A stretch of 64,000 bases of DNA from NCBI GenBank assembly GCA_963838925.1, contig CAWISW010000001.1:96001-160000 (forward strand). The letters run 5' to 3'. This stretch comes from an uncultured Nitrososphaerota archaeon. GTDB taxonomy: Archaea > Thermoproteota > Nitrososphaeria > Nitrososphaerales > Gagatemarchaeaceae. Below are positions 35,213 through 45,012 of the stretch, in pieces; positions within the stretch are counted from its first letter, which is position 1, and each line of letters begins with the position of its first letter. The translations under genes and the position numbers were made by a program. A model generated the notes under the pieces. The model saw nothing but the letters and a program-made list of their open reading frames with translations. It was not told the origin of the DNA and made no database searches.

Positions 35213-35629
35213 TCAAACAAAGGCTTGGTATCTTGGAGGCTGCTTCAGTAGATCACTGAGAGATTTCGAATACCTTGTCTCGTCAAGCGGAGTGCTCTCA
35301 TCCATGACCCGGTGCATTCTGAACCAACCTGGTTTGGACTCGCAGACGACACCACATTGCTGAAGGTGCTTGAATGTGTTCTTGCTAGTCTCGTGATCGA
35401 CCTGTGCAGCCGAACTGATCATCTCGAGCAAGTTGCCCTCCCTGATGGGTTGCTCTCCTCTTCCCATCGCGCACTCGAGGAGAAACTTCCGAAGAGATCG
35501 CTGCCCCTTTTTGTTCAACTGCAGCTCTGTGATGACGCCTGCCAAGGCGCCTGACCAATCACTTAGTTGAAAGAGAATCTCGTTGGGAATCATCAGCGTT
35601 CCATTCGTCTTCCGTGACGCCCCTTTCAA
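35213..35629 (-). CDS. Hypothetical protein with winged-helix-like C-terminal part
   Basis: FKHLQQCGVVCESKPGWFR resembles a wHTH recognition helix and wing. Confidence 0.5.
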   Translation of the reverse strand: MKGASRKTNGTLMIPNEILFQLSDWSGALAGVITELQLNKKGQRSLRKFLLECAMGRGEQPIREGNLLEMISSAAQVDHETSKNTFKHLQQCGVVCESKPGWFRMHRVMDESTPLDETRYSKSLSDLLKQPPRYQAFV

Positions 35630-35785
35630 ACAACGCGTAGTCCCACGGACAGTTCATTAAGGGTTAAGATTCACTTTGTTTCTCCATCTGTCAGTCCGAG
35701 TTCACAGGTTCGTGTCATCCATCCCCTAAGCTCAACGTGCGAGTGAGATGCCCCCGCAGAGGCGCAATGAGACCCTCGCGCATGG

Positions 35786-36226
35786 TTATCGGCTCTCGCC
35801 CGTTTCATCCACGAATTCCTTTGAGGTCAAGACCCTGATGAACTTCGCGGCTTTCTTGAGAGACTCGTCGTTCGAGATGAGGCACTCCGCCTCGCCTTTC
35901 ACGGCAGAAGCGACGACTATCGCATCCGGCAACCTGAGCCCTGTCTCCGCCTTGATCCTTCCGGCCTGGTCCGCCACGCCCACGGAGAGTTCGACTATGT
36001 CGTAGCTTTGAGAGGCCTCGATATGCGTGAGAAAATCGTCTTTTTCCTTGGTCTCGCCCGCCATGTGATACCCCGCGCACATCTCGGCTATCACGACGGT
36101 TGACACGACACAATTGAGGGACCCGGAGTCGATTCCGTCGAGGATTTTCTTGGAATCGCCGGACAGGGGCTCCTTGTTGACCACACCGACGAAGACGTTG
36201 GTGTCCAGGGATACGTTCAATCCCAT
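35786..36226 (-). CDS. vapC: VapC PIN toxin
   Basis: LDTNVFV, VIAEM, LPDAIVVASA, ISNDESL; ATG 36226 overlaps the antitoxin stop. Confidence 0.9.
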   Translation of the reverse strand: MGLNVSLDTNVFVGVVNKEPLSGDSKKILDGIDSGSLNCVVSTVVIAEMCAGYHMAGETKEKDDFLTHIEASQSYDIVELSVGVADQAGRIKAETGLRLPDAIVVASAVKGEAECLISNDESLKKAAKFIRVLTSKEFVDETGESR

Positions 36227-36462
36227 TCTTTCCTCAGCTTCCTCTGGAACTGGAGCGCGCCCACCTTCCAAGGCTTCTGACTCTGAAGGGCCTCGGAGAG
36301 CTTCTCGGACTTTGCCTTTCGGAGGATTACTTGCTCGCCTGCCTCTAGGAAGACCACGCGGTCTCCCTTCTTCAGCTTGAGAGAATCTCGTATCTCCTTG
36401 GGAATGGTCACCTGGCCCTTCTCGCTCACCGGAGAGACGCCTATTTCAGACATGGTCGCCAT
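36217..36462 (-). CDS. AbrB/MazE-type antitoxin
   Basis: VSEKGQVTIPKEIRDSLKLKKGDRVVF. Confidence 0.92.
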   Translation of the reverse strand: MATMSEIGVSPVSEKGQVTIPKEIRDSLKLKKGDRVVFLEAGEQVILRKAKSEKLSEALQSQKPWKVGALQFQRKLRKEWD

Positions 36463-36518
36463 ACCAAATGGAAGGACTTGCTTTACTTAAATGCTTTACT
36501 CCGTAGAAGCATCTCCCG

Positions 36519-36835
36519 ATGAATCGAAGATCGTCGAAGAGTTAGGCAGGGTTACAAGAACGAAAGAAGCGGTCGAGGTCACTATCTGAGAGGCGTCTCC
36601 CCCCATCTCGTGGAGAGACGTCCTGAATGCCCAGCGGAAGAAGGGCTTCTCGCCAATTCGCCAGAGCGGGAGTCACATCGCATTGTCTTCCGCCGACGGC
36701 AAGCGGAGAGTGATTGTCCTCCGACGAAACGAAATCAAACCTGCAACCTTGCTGAGCATGGCCAAGGGTTCGGGCCGGAAGGAGCCCACCGCAATAATCA
36801 ACCAACATCTAATATCACGGCAGTGGCGCCGGTAA
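36519..36835 (+). pseudogene. hicA: Degenerate hicB(3' fragment)-hicA toxin-antitoxin relic
   Basis: Frame from about 36590 reads PISWRDVLNAQRKKGFSPIRQSGSHIAL...KRRVIV...EIKPATLLSM (HicA GSH motif) but has no in-frame start; preceded by a short fragment ending EAVEVTI*. Confidence 0.6.
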
Positions 36836-36839
36836 GCCG

Positions 36840-38171
36840 TTGAAGGTGGGAGTCGTCGGGCTAGGATACGCAGGCCTGTGTACGGCTGTCTGCCTTGCGA
36901 GCAGATTCGATGTGGCAGGAGTCGATGTCGATGAGAAGCGCATTACGCGACTCAATGAGGGGGAGGCGCCGTTCCACGAGAAAGGGCTGTCTGCGCTTCT
37001 TGGAGGCGGCCGGGCTAAGGGAAAGCTCACCTTCTCCAGCAGCTACGACGCGCTCCGTGACAAGGATTCGATCTTCATAGCCGTCGGCACGCCGTCGGAA
37101 CAAGACGGCTCGATCGACCTCTCTCAAGTGAAGAGTGCGTCAACGCTGATCGGGCGGGAAATCATGAGGAGCAAGAACAAGCCACTGGTTGTCATCAAGA
37201 GCACCGTCACTCCTGGGACTGCGACCAACGTCGTCAGGCCCCTATTGGAGAAGGAATCCGGAAGGGATTGCGGGAAGGGCTTCGGTCTGTGCTCGAATCC
37301 AGAATTCCTCCGCGAAGGCGCGGCGATAGAGGACACCTTGAATCCAGACAGAATCGTCGTCGGTCCCTTCGACAAGAGTTCAGGGCTGGCCATGAGGTCG
37401 CTCTACAGAAGATTCTACGGCCCGAAGTTGCCGAGAATCGTCGAGACCACTCCTGAGAATGCGGAGCTGATCAAGTACGCCAGCAACACGTTTCTCGCCA
37501 CCAAGATCAGTTTCATAAACTTCATCGCGAGGATCTGTGAATCCCTCTCTGGAGCAGATGTGGGAGTGGTGGCGGAAGCGATGGGGCTTGACCCGCGGAT
37601 TGGGCGAAGATTCCTTCAGGCGGGTCCTGGATTCGGAGGCTCCTGCCTTCCAAAGGATTCCAGAGCGTTGAGCGCATACGTGGAACAACTCGGGATGGAC
37701 GCGTCCCTCTTGCGCTCTGTTTTGGCAATCAATGACACGCAGCCCGAACGCATTCTCTCCGCGGTCGAGAGAACGCTTGGCACAATCAAAGGGAAAGAGA
37801 TTGCTGTCCTCGGAGTCGCTTTCAAGGAGGAGAGCGACGACGTGCGGGAGTCCCGGGCCATCGTGCTCGCCAAGAAGCTTCTAAAGAATGGTGCCCGGGT
37901 GAGGATCAGCGACCCGATGGCGATGGACGGGGCGAAGAGGGAACTTGGGGAGAGCGTCAGGTACTACAAATCGGCCAGAGATTGCATCCGCGGAGCGGAC
38001 GCGGCGGTCGTGATGACTGCATGGGATGAGTTCAAGAAGCTGAGACCTGGGGACTTTGTGAAGCAGATGCGGACTCCCATTCTCTTTGATGCAAGACGGC
38101 TCTACGACGCAAACGAATACCGACTTGGAGGGCTAGAGTTCATTGCGGTGGGACGCGGCAGCTCGCGGTAG
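36840..38171 (+). CDS. ugd: UDP-glucose 6-dehydrogenase family
   Basis: VVGLGYAGL, IAVGTP, KSTVTPG, NPEFLREG, AELIKYASN, GFGGSCLPKD, DDVRES. Confidence 0.95.
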   Translation: MKVGVVGLGYAGLCTAVCLASRFDVAGVDVDEKRITRLNEGEAPFHEKGLSALLGGGRAKGKLTFSSSYDALRDKDSIFIAVGTPSEQDGSIDLSQVKSASTLIGREIMRSKNKPLVVIKSTVTPGTATNVVRPLLEKESGRDCGKGFGLCSNPEFLREGAAIEDTLNPDRIVVGPFDKSSGLAMRSLYRRFYGPKLPRIVETTPENAELIKYASNTFLATKISFINFIARICESLSGADVGVVAEAMGLDPRIGRRFLQAGPGFGGSCLPKDSRALSAYVEQLGMDASLLRSVLAINDTQPERILSAVERTLGTIKGKEIAVLGVAFKEESDDVRESRAIVLAKKLLKNGARVRISDPMAMDGAKRELGESVRYYKSARDCIRGADAAVVMTAWDEFKKLRPGDFVKQMRTPILFDARRLYDANEYRLGGLEFIAVGRGSSR

Positions 38172-38183
38172 GCGCTTGTCGGC

Positions 38184-39116
38184 ATGAGGTGTCTCGTGAC
38201 TGGGGCTGCAGGATTCATCGGGTCACATCTCTCGGAGGCTTTGGTCAACGAGGGCAACTCCGCCCTCGGGGTTGACTGTTTCACCGACTACTACCCCAAG
38301 AGAATCAAGCTCTCGAACCTCTCTGCGCTTCGCAAGATGAAGAAGTTCAACCTGGTCGAGGCGGACCTCTCCTCTGCGAAGCTCTCGCCCCTGCTTCGAG
38401 ATGTGGAATATGTCTTCCACCTCGCAGCGCAGCCAGGCGTTCGCGCGAGCTGGGGCACCTCGTTCTCGCACTACGTCAAAGACAACATCGTGGCGACGCA
38501 GAGACTACTCGAAGCTGTGAAAGACTCCGGACTCAAGAAGTTCGTCTACGCGTCGTCCTCGTCGATATACGGGGACTCTGAGCGCCTGCCCACTCCTGAA
38601 GAGACCACGCCGCGACCGGTCTCGCCTTACGGAGCGACCAAGCTTACAGGAGAGCACCTGTGCCACGTGTACTTCAGGAACTACGCAGTCCCAGTCGTGG
38701 TGTTGAGATACTTCACGGTCTACGGGCCGAGGCAGAGGCCCGACATGGCGTTCAACAAGTTCATTGCCAAGATCGCGGCTGGAAAAGAGATCCAGGTGTA
38801 CGGGGACGGAGAGCAAATGCGGGACTTCACCTTCGTCGCCGATATCGTCGCCGGGAACATCTTGGCTCTAGATGCGAAGCCGGGGACCACCTACAACGTG
38901 GGGGCAGGGAGGACGGTCGCCCTGAATGACGTGATAGCCACGATGGGGTCGATCATCGGCAAGAAGGCCAAGGTCGCGAGGCGGGAGACCGCGTTGGGGG
39001 ACGTGAGGAACACTTCGGCCGACATCACCCGCATCTCGCGAGACTTGGGATACGCGCCGCGAACAACCCTCGCAGAAGGGCTAAGGCGGCAGATTGACGC
39101 CCAGCTGGCAGGCTGA
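38184..39116 (+). CDS. NAD-dependent nucleotide-sugar epimerase (UDP-glucuronate/UDP-glucose 4-epimerase-like)
   Basis: TGAAGFIGS, HLAAQPGVR, YGATK, RYFTVYGPRQRPDMA. Confidence 0.93.
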   Translation: MRCLVTGAAGFIGSHLSEALVNEGNSALGVDCFTDYYPKRIKLSNLSALRKMKKFNLVEADLSSAKLSPLLRDVEYVFHLAAQPGVRASWGTSFSHYVKDNIVATQRLLEAVKDSGLKKFVYASSSSIYGDSERLPTPEETTPRPVSPYGATKLTGEHLCHVYFRNYAVPVVVLRYFTVYGPRQRPDMAFNKFIAKIAAGKEIQVYGDGEQMRDFTFVADIVAGNILALDAKPGTTYNVGAGRTVALNDVIATMGSIIGKKAKVARRETALGDVRNTSADITRISRDLGYAPRTTLAEGLRRQIDAQLAG

Positions 39117-39182
39117 TGCCTGCATATCGATGGACGGCGGGCCGGCAAGAGATATCAACTCGACCTCGTCGGTACTACCTGC

Positions 39183-40115
39183 ATGCTCGACACTCGTTCA
39201 GCACCTCAGATGCCGCGCATCTCCGTCGTCATCCCCACAAGGAACAGGATGGACAAGCTCGTTAGGTGCCTGGAGTCTGTCTTCAAGAGCGACTACGGCG
39301 AGTTAGAAGTGATGGTGGTCGACGACGCGTCAGACAATCCTGTTGGGCCGATTCTATCTGGAAGGTTTCCAAGCGTCCGTTTCATCCGAAACAGGGAGCG
39401 GAGGCTCCTCTCGTGCTCGCGGAACATGGGTGCCGCAGCATCAAGCGGGGATTATCTCTTCTTCCTGGACGACGACAACGTTCTCGCTCCTGACGCAATC
39501 CGACTTCTTTCGGAATCGCTGGGCAAATCTGAACGCATAGCGGTCTCCGCTCCACTCATCTTTTATTTGGGTCGTCCCACGACGGTGTGGACGTCATACA
39601 TCTCAAGGAGCAAGTTTCCTGGATTCTACACTTTGCACACAGATATCCCGGCCTCTGACGCAGTCACCTTCTCGTTCCACAACTCCTTCATGGTGAAGAG
39701 AGAAGTCTTCGAACGACTGCGCGGCTTTGACTGCACGAACTTCCCCATTCATTTCAGCGAAGTTGATTTTGCTCACCGTGTAAGTGAAGGGGGTTATCTT
39801 GCTGTAATCAATCCTCGAGCGAAGGACTGGCACGACCTAGGCTGGTCGATGGTCCATGTGGACAGCGCGAGGTCCTACTACACTGAGCGCAACAGAATCA
39901 TCGTCATCAAGAGATATTATCAGAAGGGGGACCTCAGGTTTTATAGCGTCTGCATCCTTCCATTCATCAGCCTATATTACCTTCTTCACCATACGATCAG
40001 TTCGTCGGACGGAAGAATTCAGACCGCAACATCATTTCTGAAAGGCATCATCTCGGGACTGACATTCAAAGAAGACTTGAGTGCCGCTCATTCAGAGGGC
40101 TTTCTCCACCGCTGA
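39183..40115 (+). CDS. Glycosyltransferase family 2
   Basis: SVVIPTRNR, VVDDAS, FFLDDD, SEVDFAHR. Confidence 0.9.
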   Translation: MLDTRSAPQMPRISVVIPTRNRMDKLVRCLESVFKSDYGELEVMVVDDASDNPVGPILSGRFPSVRFIRNRERRLLSCSRNMGAAASSGDYLFFLDDDNVLAPDAIRLLSESLGKSERIAVSAPLIFYLGRPTTVWTSYISRSKFPGFYTLHTDIPASDAVTFSFHNSFMVKREVFERLRGFDCTNFPIHFSEVDFAHRVSEGGYLAVINPRAKDWHDLGWSMVHVDSARSYYTERNRIIVIKRYYQKGDLRFYSVCILPFISLYYLLHHTISSSDGRIQTATSFLKGIISGLTFKEDLSAAHSEGFLHR

Positions 40116-40183
40116 AGTTCTGCTTGCGGACGTAACGCTTATCTCAACTGATGCAGGGTGTCTTTGGCATAGCGCGACTCTGA

Positions 40184-41059
40184 TTGAAAGTAGCCTGCAT
40201 TCCAGCCCTGAATGAGGAGAGGACAATCGGCAGGGTCGTAGTCCTTGCTCAAAGATATGTCGATAAGGTCATCGTGTGCGACGATGGTTCAGATGACATG
40301 ACTGGTCAAATTGCCGAAAAGCTGGGTGCAAGAGTAATCGTTCACTCGCAGAACATGGGAAAGGGAGAAGCAATGCGCTCTCTGTTCGCCGCGTGCAAGG
40401 AAATGGGCGTAGACGTCATGGTCACCCTGGATGGTGATAATCAGCATAATCCCGACGAAATCCCCCTTCTCGTTGAGCCTCTGGAGAGTGATTCGGCAGA
40501 CATCGTAATAGGGGCGAGATTCCACGAGGGGAACAAGGGCATACCCGCTTACCGAAAGACAGGAAACAAGCTTCTCAATGTTGTCACGCTAAATGGAATC
40601 TCTGATACTCAATCAGGCTTCAGAGCCTACAACAAAAAGGCCATCGAGACAATAATGCCGGCCGAGATGGGGATGGGCGTAGATTCGGAGATTTTGATGG
40701 AAGCGTCACGCAAGGGACTGAGATTGCTAGAAATTCCGGTTTCTGTCATGTACGGCGAAGGCAAGACTTCGACCCATAACCCGATTTATCACACAATGGA
40801 CGTGATGATAAGCGCGCTGAAGATTACTTCAATCAGACATCCGCTCATTTTCTACGGTATCCCGGGCATCGGAATCTCGTTGGTCGGTCTTTATTTCGTT
40901 CTTCACGCGTTTGTTCTCTTCTCGGAACAGCAGGTGATTACCAACATCACAATGACCTATGCGCTGATGGGTTTTTCGATTGGAATCTTTGGGCTGTTCA
41001 CCTTCTTCACAGGGATAATTCTATTTACCCTTTCCACCGTAGTGCGAAAAACTGCGTAA
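40184..41059 (+). CDS. GT2, dolichol-phosphate glycosyltransferase (DPM1-like) with two C-terminal TMs
   Basis: IPALNEE, CDDGSDD, NMGKGEA, LDGDNQHNP, SDTQSGFRAY. Confidence 0.92.
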   Translation: MKVACIPALNEERTIGRVVVLAQRYVDKVIVCDDGSDDMTGQIAEKLGARVIVHSQNMGKGEAMRSLFAACKEMGVDVMVTLDGDNQHNPDEIPLLVEPLESDSADIVIGARFHEGNKGIPAYRKTGNKLLNVVTLNGISDTQSGFRAYNKKAIETIMPAEMGMGVDSEILMEASRKGLRLLEIPVSVMYGEGKTSTHNPIYHTMDVMISALKITSIRHPLIFYGIPGIGISLVGLYFVLHAFVLFSEQQVITNITMTYALMGFSIGIFGLFTFFTGIILFTLSTVVRKTA

Positions 41060-41136
41060 CCTCTATTTGTCGGGTGGCCTCCGGATGCCTTCGCACCTAT
41101 ATATCGTCAGAATCTTGCTGAGTTTCTGAAGCGCCG

Positions 41137-42706
41137 TTGTCCTCGATTAAGGTAGCGCAAGAGTCAGCGAGGGGGACAGTAATCCTCTTCGTAGGTAACC
41201 TCTTGTACGCCGGAATCACGGCTGTAGCGGCCGTATTCGTCGCAAGGTTGCTCGGTCCAGATGGCTATGGAATCTACACGCTGGCGTTTGTAGTTCCCTC
41301 ACTACTATCTCTCTTTGTGGGACTCGGTGTGAACATCTCAGTGACAAGATATGTGGCCTATTACGTCTCAAGCGGAGACATCGAAAAGGCGAAAAGCGTA
41401 ACGCGAAGCGCGACGAGTTTCCTCCTGATCTTCGGGCTTTTGTTGTCGGCGGTCAATTTCTATGGAGCATCATACTTTGTGGATGTTCTATTGCACAGAC
41501 CCGAGTTGGTGCCCTACGTCCAAATCGCTTCGCTTTTCATCTTAGGCCAGGCCATCTCCGGATCTGCGACCTCGGTTTTCATTGGTTGGGGTTCGATGAT
41601 GGAGCTGAGCGCTTTTACTGTCCTGCAAGCCGGACTCAAACTTGTCCTGACCATCGGGTTGATTCTCGCTGGGTTCGGGGTACTCGGTGCCGTGGTCGGG
41701 CACACCCTCTCCTATCTTAATGCAGGGCGCGTTAGCAACCCTCTTTCTCTACCTCACGCACATGAGACCGTGGTCGAGGGAATCGAACACATTCTTCGCA
41801 GACACGAAGATGATGTTGAGCTACGGCTTCCCTCCATACGCCGGAAACATCATTTCAGGCGTGGCTTCACAATATGTCACGATATTACTCGCCGCGATTG
41901 CGACGAATGCTGTGATAGGCTACTACCAAGCTGCCCTAAATGTGACTATAGCGATTTCCGTTATTTCGGGCACGGTGACGAACGTATTGTATCGCTCTTT
42001 TGCCGCACTTCAGGGCCTTGCAGGTGACACCTCCCTGGCATTTTCGTACGCCGTCAGGTATGTGTCGCTCATCGTTACCCCAATCGTCTTCTTTCTGATT
42101 GCGGCTGCGGAGCCTCTTTTCGACCTCTTGTACGGGCCCTCCTACTCTCCCGGCATCGTATTGCTTCGGCTCGTGGGGCTTTCCTTTCTGCCAATCTCAA
42201 TCGGCCTGACCGTTCTTGCGCCGTTCCTGAACGGCATCGGGAAGAGCAGGATGACGATGCTGATTACGGTATCAAGTGCGGTCGGCCTTGCCGTTGGGGG
42301 GTTTTTCTTTGCAGTCTCTCTTGGTCTTGGTGCCGAAGGGATAATGCTGGCTCTCCTGGTATCTAGCGTCGCATTGACCGTCCCGGGATTGTTTTTCATC
42401 AGAAGATATCTCGATATTCGCATGCCCATGAAGCCTCTAGCTGGGATTGTTGTCGCTGCCTTGATTGCTGGCCTTGCAATCACGTTCTTGCCGCTAGGGG
42501 CATTGCCAAGCATCCTTATTCTCGCCATTGACTGTGTGATATACACACTAGTTTACCTGACCTGCGTTCCTCTAGTCTGGGGCATTGACGGGAATGATAT
42601 CGTCAGACTCTCGATAGCTGGGGAAGCTTTGGGGCCTGCTCGAAGGATACTGAGCCTAACATTCGCGTACGAGAGGCGCATATTGGCACTCGTCAAACGT
42701 GTTTGA
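41137..42706 (+). pseudogene. Oligosaccharide flippase (Wzx/AglR-like) split by a 1-nt frameshift (real or assembly error)
   Basis: ARLLGPDGYG MOP-family motif; ORFs 41137 and 41687 join if one A is removed from tatcttaatgcag near 41719. Confidence 0.8.
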
Positions 42707-42774
42707 GCGGCGCAGTATCTTCCCAACAAACCGCAAGAACGTGGTCTATTGCGCAGGGAGGTGACTAAGCCCCG

Positions 42775-42915
42775 ATGGAGATCCGCATCGTAAAAAGCCT
42801 CTATCGTCCCTCGATAGGTGACGCCGAGACCCTTACTAGCATCTTGGTCAAGGGGACTCTCCCGGCCGAAGCCACGAGGAGATGGTCTACTGTGCGTACG
42901 ATCCTCTTGCGCTAG
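42775..42915 (+). pseudogene. N-terminal relic of a GT4 glycosyltransferase
   Basis: MEIRIVKSLYRPSIGDAETLTSILVKG resembles the GT4 start M.I.I...YPP.IGGAE....LA.GL, then truncates. Confidence 0.45.
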
Positions 42916-43123
42916 GAGGCAGCTCTCCGCGACCTAATCGAGCGTGCGCTGGCAGACCGTCTCCCCAACGGCGGAGAAAATCCAGACGAAAAAATAGCTG
43001 ACTGATTAATTGCGGGTCACGGTCAGAACTTGATGGATTGTTAACGATAGACCGTTGAATTCGAGTTGGGCCGAATTATGTCGCCGGGAACGCTTATGTC
43101 CACAACCTCCTCGAGGAGTCCAG

Positions 43124-44968
43124 ATGCAGAGCGGAGCCCAGAAGACACTTGGTGCGATACGATTGCGCCTAGTTTCAGCAGCACATCTCCGCACCATGGA
43201 CGCCAAGACCCTAGCAGGTTGTTTCGCGGCGTTGGCCGTCCTCTGCGCCTACCGGTTCTACAGCTACTGGACCACCGGCTTCTTCGTCTCCGACGAGTTC
43301 GGCTACTTCTTCGACGCACTCCACGGGCAGATTTACGGTGGAAGGTGGTTCTTTGGCTGGATGAATATCTACCTCTTCAGAGCACTTGGGATAACGAGCG
43401 TCGACGCCTTCTCGTACATGCTTCCGTTCTACTTGTTCTTCTGGACTGGAGTAACCTTGCTCGTCTTTTATGAGACGTTGAGGCTGCTTGGATTTGACCA
43501 GAGGACCATCACCATCTCGCTGCTCTCCGCTTTCGCGCTGATCTCATTTGTGCTGCTTTCTCTCGGCTTCTTGACAGAGCCGGTGGGGCTTTCTCTTGCA
43601 ATGGTCGGGATATACTTCCTCACCCGATGCGCGAAGTCGAAGAGCGCGAAGGGCATGATTGCCTTTCCCATCTTTGCGGCGGCGTCGTTCGGGGCGGCAG
43701 CGGGTACGAGAGAGCCATACGAAGCTTTCTTGATAGGCGGCATCGCGATTGTCGCACTAATAGCCTTCTCTCGCCGCAAGGAGAAAATCGGACCTTCGAA
43801 GCTCGGCGCCCGGGCAGTGCTCTTGATAGCTGTTCTGGGCTTCGCATTTGCCGCAACCTTTTTCCTGACGGTGCCGACGCAAGCATTCTCGACACAAGTT
43901 GCACCGGTTTCAAATCAGCTAGCGCAAAGCTTCGTCACAAACCCCACAATATCAGTTCCAGTTACTGCAACTACGATCACCAAGGCTGTCACAAACACGG
44001 TGACGATGACGACTCAGGTCACGTCCACGTTTACGACATTGAACAGGACAGTTACCACGACCACAACGATGATTGAGACATTCACATCGACGACGACTAC
44101 GACTTCGACTGCTTCGCAAAGCGTTCCGTTCTACCGACAGTCACTGCTTACAAATACGGTTCTGATTTTCCTAGGAGGAATAGTTCTTGGATGGGGGCCG
44201 ATTTGCTTCGTAGTAGGGCTCGCGGGTTTCTTGATCTTGTTTAAGAGAAGCATCAGGAGCGATGACATCGCGGCGAGGGTCGTTTTCCTCACCTCATTGA
44301 TCGCCTTGGGCTCGTATTTCGTCGTCTCGTTCATCTTCGCTCCTGACCCGTATTACTTCTCCTTCCAGAACTACTCTACCATTATCAGGTTCTCAGACAC
44401 AGCCCTTCCTGCTTACTTCATGGCCGCACCCTTCTTTCTTGCCATAGTCTCGAAGAGCCGAAAGCGCATTCTCTCGCTTCTTGGTGTGTTTGTCGTGTTC
44501 CTCCTTATTGCACTCCCTGTTTACCAGGGGTACGCCGCGTCCAACATCAGCTACACGAGCGCGAACCCTTTCCAGCTGGGTTACAGATCCGATGCTGCCT
44601 TGGTTCGAGACTATTTTGCATCGGTAGGGGGAAATCAGACCATCAACCTAGTCGGATTGCCGTATGGGTGGCCATTCACGCCAGGAGTGCAGGATCTTCA
44701 TTCTGTTCATGCCTACTCGATAGGCGAGAGCCAGCTCTTTCCGCACCTTACTGAGAGTAATTTCACTTCGGCCAGATGGAACTTCTTCTATCTACTCACC
44801 AGCAGTGCAACAGCCTTTCCATCAGACTCCCAGTCTTTGCTCCAGTTCATCGACCAAACCCCGGCCAACAACCAAACATTAACGTCTTCATTCACGATAC
44901 TAGCTAGTCAGCCTGTGTTCAACGGGTCGGACTTCATCCTGTACGAAGTTCAACTCGGATGGCAGTAG
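43124..44968 (+). CDS. Polytopic membrane protein, probable GT-C glycosyltransferase with internal Thr-rich segment
   Basis: FVSDEFGY (DE motif after TM1), LTEP, TREPY, RF; about 60-aa Thr-rich loop; start at 43124 inferred from a TATA-like cttat 30 bp upstream. Confidence 0.65.
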   Translation: MQSGAQKTLGAIRLRLVSAAHLRTMDAKTLAGCFAALAVLCAYRFYSYWTTGFFVSDEFGYFFDALHGQIYGGRWFFGWMNIYLFRALGITSVDAFSYMLPFYLFFWTGVTLLVFYETLRLLGFDQRTITISLLSAFALISFVLLSLGFLTEPVGLSLAMVGIYFLTRCAKSKSAKGMIAFPIFAAASFGAAAGTREPYEAFLIGGIAIVALIAFSRRKEKIGPSKLGARAVLLIAVLGFAFAATFFLTVPTQAFSTQVAPVSNQLAQSFVTNPTISVPVTATTITKAVTNTVTMTTQVTSTFTTLNRTVTTTTTMIETFTSTTTTTSTASQSVPFYRQSLLTNTVLIFLGGIVLGWGPICFVVGLAGFLILFKRSIRSDDIAARVVFLTSLIALGSYFVVSFIFAPDPYYFSFQNYSTIIRFSDTALPAYFMAAPFFLAIVSKSRKRILSLLGVFVVFLLIALPVYQGYAASNISYTSANPFQLGYRSDAALVRDYFASVGGNQTINLVGLPYGWPFTPGVQDLHSVHAYSIGESQLFPHLTESNFTSARWNFFYLLTSSATAFPSDSQSLLQFIDQTPANNQTLTSSFTILASQPVFNGSDFILYEVQLGWQ

Positions 44969-45012
44969 ACTTGACATCACGTTCATAAAGAGCGCGGGAT
45001 ATCTGATCCTCG

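Noticed and set aside
40138-40150. CTTATCTCAACTG, 11/13 match to the ftsZ-region motif
   Set aside because: Single copy at the TATA position of the GT2 gene; probably just the promoter
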